From contig OX597824.1 of NCBI GenBank assembly GCA_951406725.2, positions 77,376,001 through 77,440,000 on the forward strand: a stretch of 64,000 nucleotides of DNA, in the 5' to 3' direction. Of the stretch, positions 53,280 to 64,000 are shown piece after piece. Made by a program: the position numbers and the translations under genes. Below the pieces are notes generated by a model. That model saw only the letters and a list, made by a program, of their open reading frames with translations. It had not been told where the DNA came from and made no database searches. How positions within the stretch are numbered: position 1 is the first letter of the stretch; the number at the start of each line of letters is the position of its first letter. Source of the stretch: Octopus vulgaris (lineage: Eukaryota).

Positions 53280-54190
53280 TTCAAATTTTGGCACACGGCC
53301 ATCAGATTTTGAGGGAAGGGGAAGTCGATCATATCGACCCAGTATTTGAATGGCGTTTATTTTATCGATACCGAAAGGATGAAAGACAAAGTCAACCTCG
53401 GCGAAATTTGAAGTCAGGACGTAACGACGGACTAAATACCACTAAGCATTTTATCCGGCATGCTGCTAACGGTTATTTCTTTATTCCCCACAAGGTGCTA
53501 AACATAGAGGGGAGAAACATAGAGGGGACAAACAAGGGGACAAAGGGATAAAGTCAATATCGACCCCAGTGCGTAACTGGTACTTAATTTATCGACCCCG
53601 AAAGGATGAAAGAGAAAGTCAACCTCGTCGAAATCTGAAGTCAGGACGTAACGACGGATTAAATGCCACTAAGCAAATTGTCCGGCATGCTGCTAACGGG
53701 TCCGCCTTCGGAGGAGTAAATAATAATCTTTTCAACTACAGGGCCCAAGTCCTGAAATTTGGTGGGAGGGAAGCTAGTCGTGTATAACGACCCTAGTGCA
53801 CAACTGGTACTAATTTCTTTTTATCGAGCTCGAACGGATTAAAGGCAAAGTCGATCTCAGCAGAATCTGAACTAAGAACGGAAAAGGCGAACGAAATACC
53901 TATTTCTTTATTACCCACAAGGGGCTAAACATAGAGGGGACAAACAAGGACAGACATAGGTATTAAGTCGATTACATCGACCCAGTGCGTAACTGGTACT
54001 TAATTTATCGACCCCGAAAGGATGAAAGGCAAAGTCGACCTCGGCGGAATTTGAACTCAGAACGCAGCGGCGGACGAAATACTGCAAAGCATTTCACCCG
54101 GCGTGCTAACGATTCTGCCAGCTCGCCGCCGAACGAAATACCATTAAGCATTTTATCCGGCGCGATACCAATTCCACCAGCTTGGAGGAG
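53280..54190 (-). mobile_element. Cluster of nested and tandem SINE E copies
   Basis: Four cores; the young copy at 53901-54130 is flanked by a GAACGAAATACC duplication. Confidence 0.9.
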
Positions 54191-54267
54191 TAAATAATAA
54201 TTGTTTCTAATATACAAAGAAAATCAGAAATACACACATGCACTCATACATACATGCATACACACAT

Positions 54268-54770
54268 AGGAGCACTCCGTCAGTTGCTCGTGAAATTAAC
54301 GTGCAAGTGGCTGAGTACTCCACAGACACGTGTAGCCTTAACGTAGTTCTCGGGGAGATTCAGCGTGACAAGGCTGACCCTTTGAAATACAGGTACTACT
54401 CATTTTTGCCAGCTGAGTGAACTGGAGCAACGTGAAATAAAGTGTCTTGCTCACGGACACAACGCGCCGCCGGGAATTGAATACATAGCAGTCCTCTCAA
54501 ACATTAGAGTAAAAATAAAGCCAAAGTTACCTTTTTTGAGGTCATGACTGATAAGTGCCGGTTTCCCGGTTTCATGGCGTAAATATTCCCCCACCTGGAC
54601 GGGCCGTCGGGCCGTCGCAAGATTAGTAATTTTTTATTGGCTGAGTGGACTGGACCAACGTGAAATGAAGTGTTTTGCTCAAGGACAGAACGCGTCACCA
54701 GGTCCAGGAATCGAAACCACAATCTTACGATCACGAGTCCAAAACCCTAACCACTAAGCTACGCGCCTCC
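54268..54770 (-). mobile_element. Two family C-related SINEs
   Basis: Tail shared with the 48498 copy (GGAGCACTCCGTC..GTGCAAGTGGCTGAG); tRNA head at 54700-54770. Confidence 0.82.
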
Positions 54771-56137
54771 ACAAACAATGATGCGCAAAAAAACATGTCG
54801 TATTTAAGCAAATGGGCCCTAGTGCCTTACTGGTACTTTATTGAACCTACTCCTCCATCCTCTCTCCGACCCTGTCTGGTAAGAAAGAGAAGTGGGAGAT
54901 AGAAAAAAAAAAAGTAAAAATCTACTTCGGCGTGATTCGAACGTACAATCTAAGGATATGTGTTGCTTCAGGTATTTGTGTGTGGGAATTCAGTTTATTT
55001 TGCCAGTCACTGACCTGACACAACATCAATATTGCGGCAAACTAAAGTGGAAGGCTGCTAAATAGTTTCCCTACTTGCTAGAAATAGCAGTTAAATCTCT
55101 CTGGAACCACACTTTGCTAGAAATAGAAGTTAAACCTCTCTCAAATTACACCTTGCTGCTTCATAAAAAAAAACAAACAAACAAACAAACAAAACTGTGG
55201 CAACGAAGTAAAATAAAAAAGATTAAACAAAAACAGATGTGTACTAAGGATATTGTACACCAAGATACACTATGCCTGAAAATAAATTGACGGAATGATC
55301 AAGGGGTGGAACGCAACTGATCATTTTGATCAGCTGTATTAGATCAGCTGTATTTGATTAATGCCAAACAACAACAATCAATCGGTCGATCGATCGATCA
55401 ACCAGTATCGATTTCTCACCGACATTTGCAAAAAAGAAAAAGAGTTTATGGGGAATTAAATCGATCCCAGAACTACTTGAGAATGGGCTGTATTTTTATC
55501 GATATCCCTGGAGGCGGAGGGAAGGGGAGGGGGAAATATTGAATGGATGATAAAATCGATCGACTCCAATGGAATTCGAACTCAGAACAGACGTAACTCA
55601 GGATGCTAGGCAATTTTGTCCTGTTCTTCCGCCGCTGTCTGGTTCAAGCGCATAAAATATAGTGACCTCCACTAAAGACAAATAATAAATAATTAAATAA
55701 ATGAATACCAAAACAAAAAAAAAGAAAAAAATCAGGTTGTATTGTTAAACTGGGTGACCTGGAAAGGAAGAGGCCCTTAGCACACCTACACGTATCGTCA
55801 AATTAATATCACTTTTTCTATTTATTTGACATACGTCTTAAGTATGTTATCTCCGTACATTGTACAGTAATAACGATATGCGTGTGTGAGTGCCTGTGAG
55901 TGATGTGTGTGTCTGTGTGTGTGTGTATGTATGTATGTATGTATGCATGTATGTATGTATGTACAGAGTGAGAGAGAGAGAGAGCGAGATAATAGATAGA
56001 TAGATAGAAGGGCGCATACACACACATACACAAATTCACGCACATCATGCACACATACATTAATATATCTATGTATGTATGTATGTTTGTATATATGTCT
56101 CTCTCTCACACGCACACACACACACACGCACACTATA

Positions 56138-56169
<32 letters not shown>

Positions 56170-56237
56170 CATAAACCATACGTACATATATGTATCACTC
56201 CATCCCTCCATCTCTCCCTTCATCCATCTATCCATCC

Positions 56238-56436
56238 TATTTCTTTATTACCCACAAGGGGCTAAACACAGAGGGGACAAACAAGGACAGACATAGGTAT
56301 TAAGTCGATTACATCGACCCCGAAAGGATGAAAGGCAAAGTCGACCTCGGCGGAATTTGAACTCACAACGTAACGACAGACGAAATACGGCTACGCATTT
56401 CGCCCGGCGTGCTAACGTTTCTGCCAGCTCGCCGCC
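56238..56436 (-). mobile_element. SINE family E with internal deletion and ~13-bp TSD
   Basis: CATCTATCCATCC on both sides; deletion between two ATCGACCCC repeats. Confidence 0.93.
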
Positions 56437-56475
56437 ATCTATCCATCCGTCTATCCATACATACATACACAAACA

Positions 56476-56540
<65 letters not shown>

Positions 56541-56931
56541 TATTTGTGTGTGTGTGCACGGTTATTTGATTGCGCGTGTGTGCGTATTCTTATATTTACA
56601 CACAAATATATGAAATGCTATACAGAGTAAACAATTCAGGCAAAACTCAGGCATGGCCGCAGTCAAATGACTGAAACAAGTAAAAGAGTAAAAGAGTAAA
56701 AGAGAGAGAGAGGTAAAGTTGACTTCGGTGGGATTTGAACGCATATACTAATGGTTAACAGCCGGATGCAATACCTTCGCCGCAGCGATTCGACTTACGA
56801 CGCTTTACAAGCATAACAACATTTATTTCAATCCGGAACTTCGTAAATTGCTTTCCGGAATTTTAAAACGTTTCACGGTTTCTCAAGCAACACTTTTCTC
56901 TTTTCTTCTGTGGTGTGGGTCTGCATAAATA

Positions 56932-56969
<38 letters not shown>

Positions 56970-57032
56970 TGCATGTGTGTGTGTGCATGTGTGCATGTGT
57001 GTGTGGGGTGGTGGTGCGCGTGTGAGTGTGTA

Positions 57033-57071
<39 letters not shown>

Positions 57072-57141
57072 TGCATGTGTGTGTGCATGTGTGCATGTGT
57101 GTGTGTGAGGGTGCGCGCCTGTGAGTGGTTGTAAGTGTGTA

Positions 57142-57172
<31 letters not shown>

Positions 57173-57237
57173 CGGGTCTGTGTATGTGTATGTGTGTGTT
57201 TTATATGTGTGTGTGTGTGTGCGTGTATACGTGTGTG

Positions 57238-57271
<34 letters not shown>

Positions 57272-57297
57272 TGTTTGTATGTGTATGTGCACGAGTG

Positions 57298-57331
<34 letters not shown>

Positions 57332-57572
57332 TGCGCGTGTATGCGTGCAGATATGTGTGTGTTTGGTGTGTGTATGCGTGTATATGTGTGTGTGTGTTAT
57401 TTTGACTAGCACAAGGTCTACAGGTAAGTTACCTGTGAATTTCACCGGCGAAACTCAGAGTATCAGAGTAACAAGAGCTGACCCAATCAAAATAATATAT
57501 ATTATAAAATCTCTACTAACAGTATGGAGTATTCTTTTTTCTTTTTTTTTTCCGGCAGTCAACACTGAACGG

Positions 57573-57608
<36 letters not shown>

Positions 57609-57864
57609 CACACGCACACAAACACACGACACTCACACATTCAGGGTGACCCAAAAGTCACGCACCAGCGCAATTTGACAATTTATTTATATTACGTTCT
57701 GAGTTCAAATTCCGCCGAGGTCGACTTTGCCTTTCGGGGGGGGGGGGTCGATAAATAAAGTACCTGTGAAACACTGGGGATTCGATGTAATCGATTCATC
57801 CCCACCCCCAAAATTTCAGGCCTTGTGCCTATAGTAGAAAGGATTATCGTCAGCATCATCATCA

Positions 57865-57917
<53 letters not shown>

Positions 57918-57938
57918 ATTATTATTATAATTATAATA

Positions 57939-57980
<42 letters not shown>

Positions 57981-58023
57981 ATTATTATTATAATTATTAT
58001 TATTATTGTTATTATTATTATTA

Positions 58024-58231
58024 TTTCGTCTGCCGTTACGTTCTGAGTTCACATCCCGCCGAGGTCGACTTTGCCTTTCATCCTTTCGGGGTCGATTAAA
58101 TAAGTACCAGTTACGCACTGGGGTCGATATAATCGACTTAATCCATTTGTCTGTCCTTGTTTGTCCCCTCTGTGTTTAGCCCCTTGAGGGTAGTAAAGAA
58201 ATAAAATTATTATTATTATTATTATTATTAC

Positions 58232-58277
<46 letters not shown>

Positions 58278-58480
58278 TCGTCTGCCGTTACGTTCTGAGT
58301 TAAAATCCCGCCGAGGTCGACTTTGCCTTTCATCCTTTCGGGGTCGATTAAATAAGTACCAGTTACGCACTGGGGTCGATATAATCGACTTAATTCATTT
58401 GTCTGACCTTGTTTGTCCCCTCTGTGTTTAGCCCCTTGTGGGTAGTAAAGAAATAAAATTATTATTATTATTATTATTAC

Positions 58481-58550
<70 letters not shown>

Positions 58551-58744
58551 GTTATTATTATTTCGTCTGCCGTTACGTTCTGAGTTCAAATCTCGCCGAG
58601 TTCAAATCTTTGCCTTTCATCCTTTCGGTGTCGATTAAATAAGTACCAGTTACGCACTGGGGTCGATATAATCGACTTAATCCATTTGTCTGTCCTTGTT
58701 TGTCCCCTCTGTGTTTAGCCCCTTGTGGGTAGTAAAGAAATAAA

Positions 58745-58807
<63 letters not shown>

Positions 58808-58998
58808 TCGTTTGCCGTTACGTTCTGAGTTCAAATCCCGCCGAGGTCGACTTTGCCTTTCATCCTTTCGGGGATCGATTAAATAAGTACCAGTTACGCA
58901 CTGGGGTCGATATAATCGACTTAATCCATTTGTCTGTCCTTGTTTGTCCCCCTCTGTGTTTAGCCCCTTGTGGGTAGTAAAGAAATAAAATTATTATA

Positions 58999-59063
<65 letters not shown>

Positions 59064-59095
59064 CATTATTATTACTATTACTATTATTATTATTA

Positions 59096-59132
<37 letters not shown>

Positions 59133-59139
59133 TATTATT

Positions 59140-59208
<69 letters not shown>
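58024..59208 (+). repeat. Tandem array of 4 head-less SINE E bodies separated by variable (ATT)n
   Basis: Units ATTTCGTCTGCCGTTACG...AAAGAAATAAA start at ~58024, 58276, 58560 and 58805. Confidence 0.96.
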
Positions 59209-59209
<1 letters not shown>

Positions 59210-59574
59210 GTTTGGTTCACCATGTATAAGTACGCGTGTATTCGTCATTAATTAATTAATTTATTTATTTTCAATTTTAGAAAATTTGAAGCACGTCTGA
59301 CAAATTCTGAAACGTATTTGAACTTGTTTTGCGAATAACTTTTGACCCATTCCGTAATAGTATGTGTGTATGTGTGTGTATATACATTATATATACACAC
59401 ACACAAAATTAATGTTGACAGCAATATGCAATGTTTTACCAAAAAGGAAAACTATAAATCTCTACTTCACTAAATATGACTAAGGTGTTAGAAATACCTA
59501 TATTGCTAGAAATAAGAGCTAAAATGCTATTGTATACATATATACTGACACCGATCGAGAATATATATACATAT

Positions 59575-60044
59575 ACAGATACATACATACATACATACAT
59601 AAATACATAAATACATACATACATACATAAATACATAAATACATACATACATACATACATACATAAATACATACATACATAAATACATACATAAATGCAT
59701 AAATGCATACATACATACATATATACATACATACATACATACATACTATATACATACATACATACATACATACATACATAAATACATACATACATACATA
59801 CATATATATATACGTACATACATACATACATACATACATAAATACATACATACATAAATACATAAATACATACATAAATGCATAAATGCATACATACATA
59901 CATATATACATACATACATACATACATACATACTATATACATACATACATACATACATAAATACATAAATACATACATACATACATAAATACATACATAC
60001 ATACATACATAAATACATAAATACATACATACATACATACATAC

Positions 60045-60097
<53 letters not shown>

Positions 60098-60196
60098 TGC
60101 TCATACATACACACACACATACACAACATACATACATACATACATACATACATACATACATACATACATACATACAGACATACATACATACATACA

Positions 60197-60232
<36 letters not shown>

Positions 60233-60270
60233 TGCTCATACATACACACACACATACACAACATACATAA
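59575..60270. repeat. (TACA/TAAA)n microsatellite with higher-order duplications
   Basis: Directly visible. Confidence 0.95.
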
Positions 60271-60864
60271 TATGGATACAAACACTGGTGTGTCAAAAGT
60301 ATGACGGTTCGCAATGTCAACAGAGTGTAAGGACCTGCGTTACATGGCTGCGACACATTACGTTCTGAGGTCAAATCCTGCAGAGGTCAACTTTACCTGT
60401 CTTTCTTCCAAGGGATCGATAACAATAAATAAATAAATAAATAAATAGATAAATCAATCAAGTACCAGCCAAATACTGAGGATTCGATCGTATCGACCTT
60501 ATCAGGCATCCGTTGGGGAAAAAAGAAAATTGCTGACGACGACACAGCCAGCACCGGCACCTATACCACCACCATCATCATTGTTATTATTGTTATTAAA
60601 GGTATTTATCCAACCTGTGGCTACTGTAGAATTCGCACTGTGAATGTGCTGCATTGTGCGAACTTCTTACCCTTACAACCAAGTCTGCATCCTGTCAAAG
60701 TTGACCGGAGATTAATAGCAAGTCAATGACAAGCCTTCGAGGGATACCCCTACGTGGTTCTCTGACTGGCTTAGAATTAACAGACAAATTATCCTCAAAA
60801 TATTAACAGACAAATTATCCTCAAAATATTATCTGCTATTATGTTCAAAAATACAGGTGTCCAA

Positions 60865-61075
60865 ATTTTGGCACAAGGCCAGCAATTTCAGGGAAAGGGA
60901 GCAAATCGATTATATCGATTCCCAGTGCACAACTGGTTCTTCTTATTCTATCGACTCCGAAAGGATGAAAAGCAAAGATGACCTCGGCGGAGTTTGAACT
61001 CAGAACATAAAGTCGGAAGAAATGTTGCGAAGCATTTTGTCCGGCGTGCTAACAACTCTGCTGCCAGCTCACCGT
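60865..61075 (-). mobile_element. SINE family E (variant tail)
   Basis: CCGAAAGGATGAAAAGCAAAGATGACCTCGGCGGAGTTTGAACTCAG core. Confidence 0.88.
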
Positions 61076-61781
61076 TAAAAAAAAACAAAAAAACTATATT
61101 AGCAAGAGGAAGAGTGGTCACGAATGGAAACCTTATGATCAGAAGAACCTTGCTCCTTTGTCAGGGCTGAACTGTCAGGGCCAAACAACAAAAATAAGCT
61201 GGTAAAATCGAATCGGTAGAGATACAAAAAAAAAAAAAAAAATACTTCACCGAATTTAAGTTACATCGATTTTTTTCGTTCCGAGATCAAATCCCACCGA
61301 CTTCGATTTCCCATTTAATCCTTCAGGAAGTCGACTAAATAAACAGGGTCCAGATCTTGGGATCGATAAAATCGTCTGCTCCCAATCCGCATGCTTTTGG
61401 GAATGTTCTAATGTTGAAAGTCAATAAAAATAACGATTATGGTGATAACCACACCAACACCAACAACAACAAAAATAATGATTATTATTATTATTATTGC
61501 TAACGTTTCCAACCCAATTGATACTCACAAAACCATTCATTAATGTTGTATATATATTAAAACCTAGATTCTCTTCCTTTCTTATGTGTGCTTGATTTTC
61601 AATATATCAGCAATTGAGGTATATTTCTGTTCACATGCATGTTTGTGTAATATATATATATATATATACACATAATATGTATGTATATGTATATATGTAT
61701 GTATGTCTATAATATTGTGAGAGATTGTAAATATATGAATATAAAAAGAATGAAGGACAAACCGACAAACAACATCCAGCA

Positions 61782-62065
<284 letters not shown>

Positions 62066-62351
62066 GACGTGAGGACAGACAGATTGATCAACAAATAGTG
62101 AGAAGCAGTATACAAAGAGAAAAACGGTGTGAGAAAGGCAGAACACATACCGACACAAAGAGATAAATAGATTATATATGTAGAAATAAACAAACAAACA
62201 TATGTATATGTTTATACACGCGCGCGTGTATACATTCTGACAGATGCAAATAGCCAAACACACACACACACATAGAAACATAGAGAATGAAAGAGTGAAA
62301 GAAGACCGACAGACAATCGAATATATATAAACACATATATACATACACACT

Positions 62352-62390
<39 letters not shown>

Positions 62391-62709
62391 CTAAATATAA
62401 ATATTTATACATAGTTATGTATGTATATGTATGTGTGAATTATATGTATAACATATATTTGAGTGTATTACAAAACATACATGCATATATATGTGTGTGT
62501 ATATATATATATATACACATATACATGCGTGTATATATATAGTTATGTATGTATATATGTGTGAATTATATGTATAACATATATATTTGTGTGTATTACG
62601 AATACATACATGCATATATATGTGTGTATATATATACATATACATATACATGCGTGTATAAATGTATATGTATTTATATATATATATGTATATATGTATA
62701 TATATTTAC

Positions 62710-62740
<31 letters not shown>

Positions 62741-62757
62741 ATATATATATATATATA

Positions 62758-62833
<76 letters not shown>

Positions 62834-63239
62834 ATATTTATAGAGGGCCATGTATGTATATATATCAGAGTATACAATAAATAATTGTATATATATATAT
62901 TATATATATTTATATATATATACGTATATATGAGAATTACTTACTTGATTGAAAAGCAGACGACATCGTTGGTGGCGGGAAAGAAAGAAAGAGAAACTGA
63001 GAGAAAGAAAGGGGAAAGAGAGGGAGTGGGGAGCGAGGGAAAAAGAGAGAGAGAGACAGACAGAGAGAGAGAGAGAAAAAGAAAGCGTGATGGGGACGAA
63101 GGCGGCAACTATGACAAACGGTAAGAATTTTATCCAAAAGCTTTGAAAGAGAATAAATGTTGCCGCTGCTGAAGCTAAAGCTAAAGCCGACCATCTCCTC
63201 TTCTTGCTGCCTCTTACAAACAGGCAGCAGGGATTACCA

Positions 63240-63848
63240 CATCGTCGTCGTCGTTGTCGTTGTCGTCGTCATAGTCGTCGTCGTCATCGTCTTACATATC
63301 GTAATGGCTGTGGTGATGGTGGTGGTGGTGGTGGTGGTGGTGGTGGTGGTGGTGGTGGTGGTGGTGATAATAATGATGGTCGTCGTCGTCGTCGTCTTAC
63401 ATATCGTAATGGCAGTGGTGGTGATGGTGGAGGTGCTGGAGGTGGTGGTGGTGGATGTGGTGGTGGTGGTGGTGGTGATAATAATGATGGTCGTCGACGT
63501 CGTCGTCGTTCTTACATATCGTAATGGCGGAGGTGGTGATGGCGGAGGTGATGGTGGAGATGGAGGAGGTGGTGGTGGATGTGGTGGTGATAATAATGAT
63601 GGTCGGTCGCCGTAGTCGTCGTAGTCGTCGTCGTCGTCGTGGTTGTGATTGGAAGCGATAGCGGCGCAGGAGGAGGAGGAGAAGGAGAAGGAGGAGAAGG
63701 AAGAGGAGGCGGTTGATAGCTGTAGTCGTTGTCGTGGTAGTAGTGATGGGTGGGTGGTGGTGGTGGTGGTGGTGGTGGTGGTGGTGAGGGGGAACTAGTC
63801 GCAGTCGTCGTGTTAGAGGTGGCGATAATAATAATAATAATAATAATG

Positions 63849-63887
<39 letters not shown>

Positions 63888-64000
63888 GTGGTGGTGATGG
63901 TGGTGATGGTGATGGTGGTGGGGGTGCAATAGTCGTAGTCGACGTGATAGTGATGGCGGAGGCGACGAAGACTTGTAGTCGTGGTGGTCGTTGTCGTAGG
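63240..64000. repeat. Compound (GTC)/(GGT)/(AAT)n tract with three 105-115-bp higher-order units
   Basis: CTTACATATCGTAATGGC at 63291, 63396 and 63511. Confidence 0.92.

Noticed and set aside
60776-60831. 26-bp tandem duplication
   Set aside because: Ordinary slippage duplication within an old repeat.

Overview
AT-rich, repeat-saturated eukaryotic DNA, probably intronic or intergenic. The SINE repertoire and microsatellite load suggest a coleoid cephalopod, most likely Octopus (inference). No intact protein-coding gene is recognisable, and almost all ORFs in the track are translations of microsatellites. Supported content: four abundant tRNA-derived or RTE-tailed SINE families (named A, B, C, E here), several with clear target-site duplications (TSDs); a 5' Helitron fragment with a RepHel N-terminus pseudogene; a complete ~400-bp non-autonomous Helitron nested in a mariner-type MITE; a truncated mariner transposase with one TIR; a decayed Penelope-like element (RT thumb plus GIY-YIG); CR1 and RTE LINE 3' ends; TTAA-flanked piggyBac-type MITEs; a tRNA-Thr-like pseudogene in a 300-bp repeat; and several local tandem arrays. 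The most notable signal is a set of type-I hammerhead-ribozyme motifs from at least four sequence families, sitting in short cassettes next to (TA)n. One (13132-13636) is a 428-nt unit with a 50-nt terminal redundancy and a 30-nt inverted cap, i.e. a retrozyme or Penelope pLTR-like element. A few isolated exon candidates and a left-to-right rise in CpG hint at a host gene but are unproven.
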